Shown one piece after another: positions 18,881-29,452 of a DNA stretch of 64,000 bases (its first letter is position 1; each line of letters opens with the position of its first letter). The notes below the pieces were generated by a model, which had not been told where the DNA came from, did not search any database, and saw nothing but the letters and a program-made list of their open reading frames with translations. Both the position numbers and the translations under genes were made by a program. The stretch spans positions 64,001-128,000 of the IMG/VR virus record IMGVR_UViG_3300031999_001882; one strand, written 5' to 3'. This DNA is from a virus.

Positions 18881-21445
18881 TTACGGAGTAGTCTCAGCAT
18901 ATTCAATGCTCGTCGCCAAGATTCTATTGTTGGCATCGCCGACTCCGGTAATCAACAAATTAGTGTTGGGGGCCAACACGATCCCATAACCTACATCAAC
19001 AAGCATGGAATTAGCGTCTTTTCCGGTTGATAAAGTTTTGATTTTAGTTCCAAACGCAGTAGTCGTCGGAAGCGTGTAAAACTTCATTACGCTGGTTGCT
19101 GGCGATGTTTTGATATACCCAGAGACAGGCGCGACAGACGTTCCGTTGGCGGTGATCGTCGGACTGATATAAAAACGTGGCTCAATGCTCCCGCCCTTAG
19201 TCACACAATCCATATAGATTCTGCGAATCCACATCGTTCCTCCCGATGCGTTTGGATTATTGATGAGCATGAGAGAGGTTTCGGCGGTGGTAGCGGAGTT
19301 CTGCTCCAAGGCCACATGAAAAAATTGTCCTGTAAAAGTGAACTCTGCCTCCGCAGGAATAGACGCGACATACATGGCATTTTCGCCAACCACATTGCTA
19401 TCGACGGAAACATTATGAAATGTCAGGCCATCCAAACCGCCAATTTGCAGGGCGCGGGTTGGTATGGTTATCGTCGAACCATCCTGCCCGGTATAGGAAC
19501 TGAGCTGGGCGATCTCTTGGGCTACGGCGGTATTCAGATTCGATAGCTGAGTGACTTCCTGCGATCCGTAAAGCTCAATGGTTGTGAGCTGGGTGATTTC
19601 AGTCGAAAGTTGGGAGTTTACCGTCGTAAGTTGCGTCACCTCAAGAGCAACGGCGGCGTTTAAGTTCGATAACTGAGTTACCGCCTGCGATCCATAAAGC
19701 TCGATGGTCGTCATCTGCGTCGTCTGAGCAGAGAGCTGAGCATTGACCGTCGTAAGTTGAGTGACTTCCAGAGCCACGGCAGAGTTCAGGTTTGAAAGCT
19801 GAGTAATTTCCTGCGAAAGCTGGGACAAATTATTGTTGATGAGCGTCGTCAGCTCTGCCGCTAATTGCGCCGCCGTCGTGTTCAAATTAGTGAGCTGGGT
19901 TATCTGTTGGCTTTCATAAAGCTCAATCGTGGTCATCTGCGTGGTTTGCGCCGAAAGATTGGCGTTGACCGTCGTAAGCTGTGTTACTTCCAAAGCGACC
20001 GCCGCATTGAGATTCGATAGCTGAGTGACTTCTTGCGCCAATACCGTAATTTGCGCGGTCTGGTTTGCGGCGGTTGATACGGCTGAGTTCAGCGAAGAAA
20101 GCTGGGCCGCTTCCTGCGCCAGAGTCACATTCACGGTGGAGAGTTGAGTCACTTCCAGAGCTACAGCCAGATTCAAATTACTGAGCTGGATAACTTCTTG
20201 AACGGATAAATAGGTATCCGCATCCGTGGAAGTATTGGTAATGATCTGGCTGAGTTGACCGACCTCCTGCGATCCATAAAGTTCCAGCGTCGAGAGTTGA
20301 GTAATTTCCTGAGAATGATATGGACGGTAATCTACTCCGGTGATGGCTGTGTTTGTGATGATGCTCGATAACTGAGCGACCTCTTGAGTTAAAAGAGCGA
20401 CCGTTGATGTCGAAACGGTGCGGACCTCTCCGCCCGTGAACGTAAATTGGCTGAGTTGTGTAATTTCCTGAGCCAAGGACACCAAAACGTCCGTCAACTC
20501 AGTCACTTGCTGGGAAGCCAGCGTAATCTGGGCATTTTGTCCAGCAGATGTCGCTCCGGTCGATGAAGTCACATTCAAATTTCCGCCAGAGAATGTGAAC
20601 TGACTCAGTTGCGTGACTTCTTGCACCTCATAAAGCTGTAGCGTCGAAAGCTGAGTAATTTCCGCGCTCAACTGATTGCTGACGATGGTGAGCTGATTCA
20701 CCGTCTGGTTGATGACCACTCCTGACAAGGTGTTGGTAATGATTTGGCTAAGCTGGGCAACTTCTTGGCCTAAAATTACCGTCTGCGCGTCCTGCTTGAC
20801 CTGCACATTGGTGAGCTGGCTCACTTCTTGCCCCAAAAGCAGAAACACATTGGTGAACCCGGTCGCGGCTGAGATCATTATGTTTGTCATCCCGGTCGCG
20901 TTCGAGGCAAGCAAGTCTCTGGTCAAATCTTCGAGCTGGTCCGTGTTGACGTTCACATCGCCAATGGTGATCGACAGCCCTTGAAGCTCAGCGATGATCG
21001 CCGAGAGCTGACCGACTTCAAAACTGACATTGGGCGACACCAGATCGGTGTTGATGATGACGGTCGAAAGCTGATCCACCATCTGAGTCAATGCCGGGGA
21101 GGTGACCACGGCAGTATTGGTCAGCGAAGCAATGAAATAGGTAATCCGAACATTGTTGGCCGGAGACGACGGGATAGCCTGTGTCGTCGTAATCACATAC
21201 CCAGCGACCGTAAAGGCTGAAAAAGTGGTCCAATTTGTTCCATCTGCCGTAATTTCGACAAAAACATTGGATGAGACAGGCAGATGAGCCAGCGTAAATT
21301 GCTGACCGATAGCGTTGTTACCCGTGAACTTCTCCTGAACGGAAAAGAACGCTCCAATAACTTGAAGCGAATCTTCGCGGACGCGAGCCGCCTGTTTCGT
21401 TAAAGGATCGCGGATGAAAAGGTCTGACGATTGACCGCTAAACAT
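18881..21445 (-). CDS. Coiled-coil fibre protein with 14-aa QEVTQLS repeats
   Basis: Many AQEVTQLS-type repeats; beta-rich C-terminal domain. Confidence 0.7.
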   Translation of the reverse strand: MFSGQSSDLFIRDPLTKQAARVREDSLQVIGAFFSVQEKFTGNNAIGQQFTLAHLPVSSNVFVEITADGTNWTTFSAFTVAGYVITTTQAIPSSPANNVRITYFIASLTNTAVVTSPALTQMVDQLSTVIINTDLVSPNVSFEVGQLSAIIAELQGLSITIGDVNVNTDQLEDLTRDLLASNATGMTNIMISAATGFTNVFLLLGQEVSQLTNVQVKQDAQTVILGQEVAQLSQIITNTLSGVVINQTVNQLTIVSNQLSAEITQLSTLQLYEVQEVTQLSQFTFSGGNLNVTSSTGATSAGQNAQITLASQQVTELTDVLVSLAQEITQLSQFTFTGGEVRTVSTSTVALLTQEVAQLSSIITNTAITGVDYRPYHSQEITQLSTLELYGSQEVGQLSQIITNTSTDADTYLSVQEVIQLSNLNLAVALEVTQLSTVNVTLAQEAAQLSSLNSAVSTAANQTAQITVLAQEVTQLSNLNAAVALEVTQLTTVNANLSAQTTQMTTIELYESQQITQLTNLNTTAAQLAAELTTLINNNLSQLSQEITQLSNLNSAVALEVTQLTTVNAQLSAQTTQMTTIELYGSQAVTQLSNLNAAVALEVTQLTTVNSQLSTEITQLTTIELYGSQEVTQLSNLNTAVAQEIAQLSSYTGQDGSTITIPTRALQIGGLDGLTFHNVSVDSNVVGENAMYVASIPAEAEFTFTGQFFHVALEQNSATTAETSLMLINNPNASGGTMWIRRIYMDCVTKGGSIEPRFYISPTITANGTSVAPVSGYIKTSPATSVMKFYTLPTTTAFGTKIKTLSTGKDANSMLVDVGYGIVLAPNTNLLITGVGDANNRILATSIEYAETTP

Positions 21446-22887
21446 TAAAATCCCCCATTGGCGTAAATTTGGAGATTGGCCGCAACGCCATTGGTCGAAA
21501 CGTATATCCGATGAGCGTTCTGATTGCTAAACCCAAACGTCCCATTGGTAAGGCTCATCACCGAATTTGCGACAGACTCAAATCTCACGTTTATGTTTGC
21601 ATCGGATGTCAGATAAACGTCCTCCATCCGAAGCCCGCCAAAATCATAGAGCACGTCAGAAAGTCCGGTCGCCTGCGTACCCTCAAAAACATAGTATTGG
21701 CCGTGCGGCGGAGTCTGCGTAATCGACAACCCTTCCACCGCCGTCAGCACGCTGAGTTGGGTGACCTCTTGATTGAGCGTAGCCGAATTGATATTGACGC
21801 ACAACCCTGCAATTTCTTGGAGGATACTGAGCTGGGTCACCTCTTGAGCCAATGAGCCGGAATTGATATTGACGCACAGCCCGGCCAGCTCTTGAAAGAT
21901 GCTGAGCTGGGTTTCTTCTGTCGCCAGCCGCGCCTGCAAATCGGAGAGCTGAGCTACTTCCTGAGCCATCAAAAACTCGGTGTCTGTGAATCCGCCCGCA
22001 ATGGTGGCCGTCTGAATCCGGGTCAATTCCTCAAGCTGATCCGTGTTGACATCCACCTTGCCGATTGAGACGGATAGATTAGACAGCTCGTAAAGAACGC
22101 TGAGCTGGGTCACTTCCTGCGCCAGCGCATTCGAGTTGATGTTGACGCACAGCCCTTGAAGTTCTTGCAGGATGCTGAGCTGAGTAATCTCGGTGGCCGC
22201 CCGGAGTTGCAGGTCGGACAGTTGCGTGATTTGCTGGCTGATTAAGGATTCCAGCGTCGAAAGCTGGACCACTTCTTGAGCCACCAGCGTCACGATATTG
22301 GTCATGCCCTCCAACAGCTCAATCTTGAGATCGGTCAGCCCATCCTGAATGGAGATGGTCGAGGACTGGATCGCGGCAAGCATCAGCGTCATGCCATCGG
22401 CCATCGTCGCCGTGTTCAGGCGCATCAGCAATTCCAGCTCATCGGTGTTCACGTTGATGTCGCCAATCGTGATCGACAGGCCGTTCAGGGCATTGATGAT
22501 GTTGGTCATGCCCTCGCTGTTGGAGATGATGAGATTCTGGATCAGGCCAATCTCGGTGAGCTGGCTGGCTTCGCTCGCCAAGGTCGGGCTGGTGATGCTC
22601 ATGCTCCATGTGCCGTCCGGGTTCGGCGTAGCTTGGATGTCGTGCTTGGCCCCGCCATAATCCACACCCTGCACAACTACCTTCCCAATGGTGATGGGCG
22701 GAACAGAAATTTCAGTATTGGCCGCAAGCGCATACTGGTTCGTTGTTCCATCGACGAGCGACACCGAAATAGGAACAATAACGCCATCATCGCGCTGTCC
22801 GGCAAGTACGGCAACCCATTCTGAATCAGCACTTCGCGGGAAGTGCTTTTTATTCAGATTAGGATTCCATGTGGGAAATATCTCCAT
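21445..22887 (-). CDS. Coiled-coil fibre protein, paralog of 18881..21445
   Basis: Shared GLSITIGD(I/V)NVNTD(E/Q)LE and QEVTQLS repeats; GLCVNINS repeats. Confidence 0.7.
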   Translation of the reverse strand: MEIFPTWNPNLNKKHFPRSADSEWVAVLAGQRDDGVIVPISVSLVDGTTNQYALAANTEISVPPITIGKVVVQGVDYGGAKHDIQATPNPDGTWSMSITSPTLASEASQLTEIGLIQNLIISNSEGMTNIINALNGLSITIGDINVNTDELELLMRLNTATMADGMTLMLAAIQSSTISIQDGLTDLKIELLEGMTNIVTLVAQEVVQLSTLESLISQQITQLSDLQLRAATEITQLSILQELQGLCVNINSNALAQEVTQLSVLYELSNLSVSIGKVDVNTDQLEELTRIQTATIAGGFTDTEFLMAQEVAQLSDLQARLATEETQLSIFQELAGLCVNINSGSLAQEVTQLSILQEIAGLCVNINSATLNQEVTQLSVLTAVEGLSITQTPPHGQYYVFEGTQATGLSDVLYDFGGLRMEDVYLTSDANINVRFESVANSVMSLTNGTFGFSNQNAHRIYVSTNGVAANLQIYANGGF

Positions 22888-25344
22888 TTACGCCAGAACC
22901 CCCACTACCTGTTTATTTTTTTCCGCATCCTTGAGCCTCTGAAACATCGTCTCAATCGCCCGGAGATTGTCGTCGATCTTCTTGACGTGATCCGGGTGAC
23001 TGTTCGGACTGATATTGGCCTTGGCCTTTTCAAAAGCGTCCTTGGCTCCCTGATATTCCTTCTTGTTGAACAGGATCACGCCGATGTCATTCCACGCGCC
23101 CCAGAGCTTCGGGTCCAGCTCAGTCGTCTTGTTGTAAAGCTCCAAAGCCTCCTCATACTTCTTGTTGTGGTAGAGGTGGATCGCCCGGACAAAGAACGGG
23201 CGCGGGTCTTTGGGTGTCAGCTCACATTGTTTCTCAGCCAGCTTGTAATACCAGTCGTGCTTTTCCGCCAGCGCGTGCTTTTCCTTGAGATACCCGAAGT
23301 GGTAGAGCGGCACAGGAGTTCGCACGATATTGACTTTGCGAGTCTTGCCCAGCTCAACCAAACTGTCGTCGATGTCCTCATGGATGAGCCGGGTATAGAA
23401 CACGCGCTCATCGTTGATGAACATTCGCAGGGTTTCCGACAACACCCACTTGGCATCCCAGCCCTTCTCATAGGGGTTTTCCTGATAGTTGCGTATGGGA
23501 AACAAGTACGCATCCACAGCTTCGACCTGCGCCAGCTTCCAGACGTTCATAAGCTGATCGCGGGGAACCATCTCGTCAGCATCCAATCTGAGAATCCACG
23601 GCTTTGTGCAGGCTCGAATGGCCTTATTGCGCGGCTCCGCAAACCCTTGGGTCGGGATGTCCCAAGGAAATTCCACCACCTTGGCTCCCAAGCTCTTGGC
23701 GATTTCCACGGTCTTGTCCGTGCTTCCGGTGTCGCAGACCACGACTTCATCCACGATAGGGAACGCCGATTTGATGGCGCGGGCGATATTGGCTTCCTCG
23801 TTCTTCGCCATGATGCAGAGCGAGACTTGGTTATACCGGGGAAGCTTGGCTCGCCATTCCGAGAACTTTTTGACTTCTTCATCGAACTTCTTGTCAGCTT
23901 CCAGCGCGGCCTTGGTCTTTTGCTCCGGCGTTAAACTCTCCTCTTTCTCCACATGATCCGGGGTAAAAAAGGTATCCGCCCAGAGCTTGTAGCCCGCGCA
24001 GGTCGCCCGCACGCAGAAATCCCGGTCCTCGCCGCGCATATCGCGGGGAAGATTCGGAACCCGTGCATAGCTCACACCCTTTTTGACGATCTCCTTAGAG
24101 ATATAGGTGCACGCGCCAAGTCCGCCCACCGGGTACATACCGGGCCGCCGGAGCATGGTCAGGAACTCCGCGCTGATCTCGTAGCCGCCCCTAATCCAGA
24201 CGTTCGGAAGCGGCTGAGCCGTGGTATGGCCCCAGAGCGCCCAGAACACCTCAGAGACAATCGGACGCTCCAAACCGACCATATGCTTCAAAATGCGGGG
24301 GTGGCGGATGATGATGTCCGAGTCCACCATGAATACGCCTTCGGCATCGAACTGCTGAAACATGGACCCTAGCACCCGATTCCGCATGAAGGCCATATTC
24401 GCAAGCTTCTGGTCCTCCCAATGGTGCTCTTTGTTATCCATATTGCCGAAACTCAGCGTCTCAATTTCGATCCGCTTATAAGCCTTGTCATTGCGGGCCG
24501 ACCATTCCTTGATCTTATCGAGCGTCGCATCGGTTGAATCGTTGACGATAAAATAGAAGGAAAGCTTCTCCTTGGGATAATCCAAGCTGTCCATTCCAGC
24601 CAGCCAGCGATCAATGACCCATGCCCGGTCACGCACCAGAGTCGCCACCACGACGTTCGGCCATTCGATCTGATCCTTAAAATCCTTCAAGGTCGCGGGC
24701 ATGAAAATCGAATGCGCGTGCTCCAAGTTGATGCCCGTCGCCCGTTGGAGGTAAAATTCATATTTGCGCTCTTTGTCGTCCTGCCGCGCCCATCCCCAAT
24801 GATTCAGGAACAGGTCAGACCGCGCCGTGCCGTTATTGTTCTTGCCGACAAAGGCAGGCACACATCCGCAATGGATATTGCCCACATAACCGAAGGATTC
24901 ATTCTTGAACCGAAACAAGCGCGTGATAAGCGGACTCCAATAGCCGTCTACCCGGTACTGAGTCTCGCTCCACATATCCAAAAGCCGCACGCAGTACCAG
25001 TCAAACTTGCCCGCCATGAGCGCCGGAAGCTCCTTGATGAAGGAGTCCGAGAACGTCTCGTCGGCATCCTGCGAAATGATCCAGTCGCCTTCCTTAGCGA
25101 TCTTGCGCGTCATCTCCCATTGGAGGTTGCGAAGCTGGGACTCATCCACCCCGAACATCGGTTTATCGAAAGGCGACTTGTGAAATTCCACCTTGGGATA
25201 CGACCGACAAATCTCCTCGGTTTTATCGTCGCTCAGATCATCCAGCACCATGATCTTGTCGGCGAACTTCGAGGCGTTATCCAGCATCCGGGTCAGGTAG
25301 CGATCCGCTTCGTTTCTAACCATGAGTTGACAAATTACCGACAT
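22888..25344 (-). CDS. Multi-domain glycosyltransferase: three GT-A (GT2-like) domains plus C-terminal TPRs
   Basis: Three DxD-type domains (SQDADE, MVDSDII, RLDADE), VVCDTGSTDKT, GEDRDFC, then TPR repeats. Confidence 0.9.
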   Translation of the reverse strand: MSVICQLMVRNEADRYLTRMLDNASKFADKIMVLDDLSDDKTEEICRSYPKVEFHKSPFDKPMFGVDESQLRNLQWEMTRKIAKEGDWIISQDADETFSDSFIKELPALMAGKFDWYCVRLLDMWSETQYRVDGYWSPLITRLFRFKNESFGYVGNIHCGCVPAFVGKNNNGTARSDLFLNHWGWARQDDKERKYEFYLQRATGINLEHAHSIFMPATLKDFKDQIEWPNVVVATLVRDRAWVIDRWLAGMDSLDYPKEKLSFYFIVNDSTDATLDKIKEWSARNDKAYKRIEIETLSFGNMDNKEHHWEDQKLANMAFMRNRVLGSMFQQFDAEGVFMVDSDIIIRHPRILKHMVGLERPIVSEVFWALWGHTTAQPLPNVWIRGGYEISAEFLTMLRRPGMYPVGGLGACTYISKEIVKKGVSYARVPNLPRDMRGEDRDFCVRATCAGYKLWADTFFTPDHVEKEESLTPEQKTKAALEADKKFDEEVKKFSEWRAKLPRYNQVSLCIMAKNEEANIARAIKSAFPIVDEVVVCDTGSTDKTVEIAKSLGAKVVEFPWDIPTQGFAEPRNKAIRACTKPWILRLDADEMVPRDQLMNVWKLAQVEAVDAYLFPIRNYQENPYEKGWDAKWVLSETLRMFINDERVFYTRLIHEDIDDSLVELGKTRKVNIVRTPVPLYHFGYLKEKHALAEKHDWYYKLAEKQCELTPKDPRPFFVRAIHLYHNKKYEEALELYNKTTELDPKLWGAWNDIGVILFNKKEYQGAKDAFEKAKANISPNSHPDHVKKIDDNLRAIETMFQRLKDAEKNKQVVGVLA

Positions 25345-25883
25345 ACAGCCTCCCTTTCAGTTTTCTGATATTCAGCTTCGGTTTTTTGATGGCACGACTT
25401 ACAAAGAGTTTTTAAGTTGTTAAGGTCATTGTTGTGCGAAATCCTCCACGGAACAATATGGTGAACATCTAAAATCGGATGATGGTTGCTGGCGTTTCTT
25501 TGGCACTTATAGCCATCTCTTTCAAGGCACATTGCCTTTTGATCGTCCCAATCTTCTCCACGATAAAAACTTATTCCGCCAAGCCATCGGCCATTGCCGC
25601 TACCACTTATTTTTTTGGAATGCTCTGGTCTAAATTCTCCTCGCGCCGCAGTAGCCATCGGGCGAATGCGATCCAGCCATTGAGACGACCATTTCCTATG
25701 CGCCTTTGTATGGTTGCATGGCTTACCCGTCTTGGCGACGCTGATTTTGTCGCCCCAAGTAACGGGTCTTTGCTTCGCCAAAATACTCACCTTTTTGCGC
25801 CACGAAAGGTCATGTGAATTTATATTGTTGCGATGCCATCTCTTGAATTCCGGCGATGACTTTGGCATACATTGTGGCCTCAT
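25335..25883 (-). CDS. HNH endonuclease (free-standing)
   Basis: RDGYKCQ...LDVHHIVPW...NDLNNLKTLCKSCH; basic N-terminal repeats. Confidence 0.88.
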   Translation of the reverse strand: MRPQCMPKSSPEFKRWHRNNINSHDLSWRKKVSILAKQRPVTWGDKISVAKTGKPCNHTKAHRKWSSQWLDRIRPMATAARGEFRPEHSKKISGSGNGRWLGGISFYRGEDWDDQKAMCLERDGYKCQRNASNHHPILDVHHIVPWRISHNNDLNNLKTLCKSCHQKTEAEYQKTEREAVCR

Positions 25884-26530
25884 GGCTTGTCCTTTTCAGT
25901 TTCTTTTTCGAGGACCATGCCATAAACCGCAAGCTGGTCCACATGACAATCAATGTCAAATTCACGGCTCCGTAGGATGTCTGGTGGGATGACAGGAGCG
26001 ACCCCCCAATTCCCCGCGAACTTCAAGAACTTCTCCATCGGGAAATCGTAAGGACTCGGCTCAATGCTCACATCCACCGTCAGATAAAATTTCCCTCCCG
26101 GTTTAAGAACCCTCATGCACTCGTTCACGCTTTCCAACGGATCATCGCCGACGTGCTCCAAAACGCTGATACAGTAAACTGCGTCGAAGGAAGCGTCTGG
26201 GAAAGGCATCTTGCGAATGTCGGCCACCACCGCCGTCAAATTCGCAAACTCCTTTTCATGCGATGTCACCGCCGGGTCGATATCCACGTTGAACACTTTT
26301 TTGACCTTCTTGCAGAGATACTTCTGCAAGCAAGAATGACCCGCGCCAGCGTCCAACACAACCATGTCGTCCTTGAGTTCTCCGCTTTGCAAGAGCACCC
26401 ACGGATATTCCCATTGACGACTCCACGCCAGACGACCCTTGTTCAAGGTTTCCAAGTCCCTTTTCAGGTTCTTGAATTCCGGCTTGTCGAGGTCTGTTTT
26501 CAGACCGTATGTGTAGGCCACTAATTTCAT
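25880..26530 (-). CDS. Class I SAM-dependent methyltransferase
   Basis: VLDAGAG motif I; MPFPDASFDAVYCISVLEHV; RVLKPGG. Confidence 0.9.
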   Translation of the reverse strand: MKLVAYTYGLKTDLDKPEFKNLKRDLETLNKGRLAWSRQWEYPWVLLQSGELKDDMVVLDAGAGHSCLQKYLCKKVKKVFNVDIDPAVTSHEKEFANLTAVVADIRKMPFPDASFDAVYCISVLEHVGDDPLESVNECMRVLKPGGKFYLTVDVSIEPSPYDFPMEKFLKFAGNWGVAPVIPPDILRSREFDIDCHVDQLAVYGMVLEKETEKDKP

Positions 26531-27435
26531 ATGCCTCGTTCAGTCACCGTCAATTCATGCGCCCAATAAGCGCCTTCCTTGCCGTCGTCCCATTTCACGA
26601 TGAATGAGCCGTCCTTGTTTTTCTTGGAAACAACGCCCTTGTGTCCGGCCTTAACGACGTGCGCCCGGCGAGACACGGGTTGATAGGACTCGTCCTTGGG
26701 AATTGTCACCGACGCTTTGCGCTCCATCTTCGGAAGGCTCAGAACCGAGAGCACCGCGCTGGCAATACGAAGCGATGCTTCGCGCCGCTTGTTTTTCTCG
26801 ATGAACTGATCGAGCGTGGTTTTTTCCTCGGTCGCCGCGCCGTATTTACGAAACGTGCAGTAATCCTTCTTCGTCGCCGTCTGATAGAACGGGCAGGACT
26901 CCCCGGTAGTCGTCCCGCGACACGCATGAATCTCGATCCGCTTGTCGTCGATAGGGCATACCGGATGCTCGTCTTTCAGCTCGGCGGCCACTTCAATGCC
27001 AGCCTTCGGATGCTTCATCTGCGCGAGCTGGACAATCGCCACACCGCTTTCCCAATCCAAATCAAGAATGTTGGCCTGCTTCTGACCGTATTTCTTGGTG
27101 ATGTGGGCGAGCACGTCTCGCTTGACCGTCTCCGCATTCCAATCCTGATTGTTTTCATCAATCAAGTCCCATTGAGCCGCGATAAATAAGGAATCATCGT
27201 CGGAAGAATAGTGCGACCATTGCTCCGTCACCTTTCCGGCTGACACGACCGCAGGAACTTCGTTAGGTTCTTGCGCCGCCGGACGAGCCTCCCACGTCAT
27301 TGACCCGTCGGGAAGTTTTGAGAGCTTCCATTTCTTGCCTGCGCCGGGATCGCTGGATGGCTTGGGCGAAATGTTCTGAGCCGCCTTGCTGGTTTGTTGC
27401 TCCTTTAATGTTTGGAGCCGTTCTTTTATGTTCAT
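26527..27435 (-). CDS. Hypothetical multi-module protein (Cys cluster; C-terminal SH3-like segment)
   Basis: 302-aa ORF with GGAGG RBS. Confidence 0.6.
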   Translation of the reverse strand: MNIKERLQTLKEQQTSKAAQNISPKPSSDPGAGKKWKLSKLPDGSMTWEARPAAQEPNEVPAVVSAGKVTEQWSHYSSDDDSLFIAAQWDLIDENNQDWNAETVKRDVLAHITKKYGQKQANILDLDWESGVAIVQLAQMKHPKAGIEVAAELKDEHPVCPIDDKRIEIHACRGTTTGESCPFYQTATKKDYCTFRKYGAATEEKTTLDQFIEKNKRREASLRIASAVLSVLSLPKMERKASVTIPKDESYQPVSRRAHVVKAGHKGVVSKKNKDGSFIVKWDDGKEGAYWAHELTVTERGI

Positions 27436-27472
27436 GTGTGAGCCTCCTCCTTGAAATCTCGGAAAATCATCG

Positions 27473-29452
27473 TCACTCTGATTGGCAAAGTGATCGTCGC
27501 TTCAAATAATCATCCAACGACAAAATATCCATATCCGTCGCATCCTTGGGATCGAAGTTGACGATCACACGCCACTCGTTCCTTGGAGGACTCCACACCG
27601 AATACGCCTCGTCAAACTGCCTGCACGTTCCTGTCTTTTCATCACCCACAAGCAGGAATCCATTACGATCACGGTTTTCTTCTGACGGTGCGCCGGGCGG
27701 CAAATCAGGTTTTTTCGATTCAGGTTTCGTTTCCTTCTTCGTCGGCTTTCCGGGTTCTTGAGGAGCTTGCTGAATGCGCTTGCCATGCGCCTGCTCCTTC
27801 AACGCCTCATAGCGCGGCTGGACGACCTGCCAAATCTCGCCAGACGCATGGGCGACCTGCTCCTCGACTTCCGGCGGATTCATGTATGCCCCGATATACT
27901 CCCGAAATTCGTTGGTGGCTTCGTCGGCGATCTCTTGCGGGTCCACAAACTGAAACTCGCCGTCATCGGTGTCGTTGTTCAGACCCCACCACATCGTCTC
28001 ATCGGCCCATTGAAGCGTTCCGGCGGCTTCGTACAGGCCCGTGCTTTCGACGAAATTCTCCTTCACGATCACAGGGGAATAATTCTCCGCTTTGCGCGTG
28101 ATGCCATAGTCCAGCCGGGACTTGAGCGCTTTGGACTCGTCGTAATAGCGGTAGTCCACATCCTTCAAAACCTCGGCCTCGGTTTTGTGCCGGACAAATT
28201 CGATCTCGTTCGGGTGAACCTCGAAGATGCTCTGGCCGTTGATGGGCTTTTCCCAGCGCACCACGATGTCGATGTCGGCCTCATGGTGAATTTTGGAGAT
28301 GGCAATGACCTCGCCTTCGGTGGCCGTATTGATATCCTTCACAATGTCGCCCACGGTCAGGGTGAGGGTCTTGCCGACTTCGGTACTGTGCTTGACCAGC
28401 GCATAGTTGCCGAAGCCATCCTGAACCATCGCGCCTTTGCGGATGAGGCCAAAGAGATGATCCATTGGGTAGCGCAGGCCGGACTTCTTGAACAGCTCCA
28501 CCAAATAAGGGGTGGCCCGGCGCATGAACTCGCGTTGCTGGCGCGGCGCGACCTCGCCATTGGCCTGTACCAAGAGCTTCAAAGCGGCCAACTCGGTCCG
28601 GTCCTTGACCACGGGCAGTAAATCTTCCAAGGCAAAGGCCAGACTGTGCCCGGTAACCTTGAACTGGCGGCGAATCCACGGGTTATAAACGGCCCGAACG
28701 AATAGGGGTGAAATATGGGCTTTTGGGGCGAAAAAAGCCACATGGAGGTTGTCGTTGTCCGGTAGTTCTTCCAACATAGAGGCCGGAACGCGCAGGGCCG
28801 CGATTTGGTAGCCCCTGTGTCCCGCCGCCGTACCCAGCGTGTCGGTCAGGGCCTCGCCTTCCCCGATGCCATTGGTCACCGGGTCAGCGAAGCGATCCAC
28901 CGCCGCATAGACCGTCACCAAGGCGGCCCGCGCCGGAACAGGGTCATCATTAAGCGCATGGTGAGGCAAGCCCAAGAATGCCTCCACCAAAGACCAAGCC
29001 TGATCTGCCTTTCCCTCGTCCAAAAGACGCTTGAAGCGCTGGATATGCTCATCGTCAGCCCTCTGGATGAACTTGGCCGTCTCCATGACCCCCATCCATC
29101 CGGGGTAAAAGAGCGACCAGCGCCGAACGCTGGCCCTGATCTCTCCCTGAACGCTGGAAATGCCCTTGATATGCTCCGGCGCGATGACGGCCTTGGCGAA
29201 GGCTCCAAGCGGCTCCACGATAACCACCGCCGACTCCGGCACATCCACCTCTACGACCACGGCATTGCCGCCCAAGACCTCTGGGAAAGCTTGCCGGAAG
29301 GCATTGCTGGCATTCACGCGCAGGCTGGCAAAGAACGCCGCCTCGCCCCGCGAAGCGGTGAGCCAAGCGGGTTGTCGGTACTCCCAATCGTAGAGGCCAT
29401 GCGCCTTGATCTTGTCGATGGCCTGATCTGTGGTTCCGTGATAAAGTTTCAT
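27473..29452 (-). CDS. Multi-domain protein with N-terminal ADP-ribosyltransferase-like domain
   Basis: KLYHGT...GL...WLT...A..FA...VVVEVDVP ART-fold pattern. Confidence 0.6.
   Translation of the reverse strand: MKLYHGTTDQAIDKIKAHGLYDWEYRQPAWLTASRGEAAFFASLRVNASNAFRQAFPEVLGGNAVVVEVDVPESAVVIVEPLGAFAKAVIAPEHIKGISSVQGEIRASVRRWSLFYPGWMGVMETAKFIQRADDEHIQRFKRLLDEGKADQAWSLVEAFLGLPHHALNDDPVPARAALVTVYAAVDRFADPVTNGIGEGEALTDTLGTAAGHRGYQIAALRVPASMLEELPDNDNLHVAFFAPKAHISPLFVRAVYNPWIRRQFKVTGHSLAFALEDLLPVVKDRTELAALKLLVQANGEVAPRQQREFMRRATPYLVELFKKSGLRYPMDHLFGLIRKGAMVQDGFGNYALVKHSTEVGKTLTLTVGDIVKDINTATEGEVIAISKIHHEADIDIVVRWEKPINGQSIFEVHPNEIEFVRHKTEAEVLKDVDYRYYDESKALKSRLDYGITRKAENYSPVIVKENFVESTGLYEAAGTLQWADETMWWGLNNDTDDGEFQFVDPQEIADEATNEFREYIGAYMNPPEVEEQVAHASGEIWQVVQPRYEALKEQAHGKRIQQAPQEPGKPTKKETKPESKKPDLPPGAPSEENRDRNGFLLVGDEKTGTCRQFDEAYSVWSPPRNEWRVIVNFDPKDATDMDILSLDDYLKRRSLCQSE

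Noticed and set aside
19500-22270. Recurring DNA repeats (gagctgggtcacttc-like) as a possible CRISPR array
   Set aside because: They are degenerate codon-level copies of the QEVTQLS protein repeat, with no constant repeat and unique spacer structure and no cas genes.
22843-23934. Long plus-strand ORFs (363 aa here; also 41956..42945, 56122..57087, 57133..58137)
   Set aside because: Antisense shadows of well-supported minus-strand genes; no RBS or recognisable motifs.
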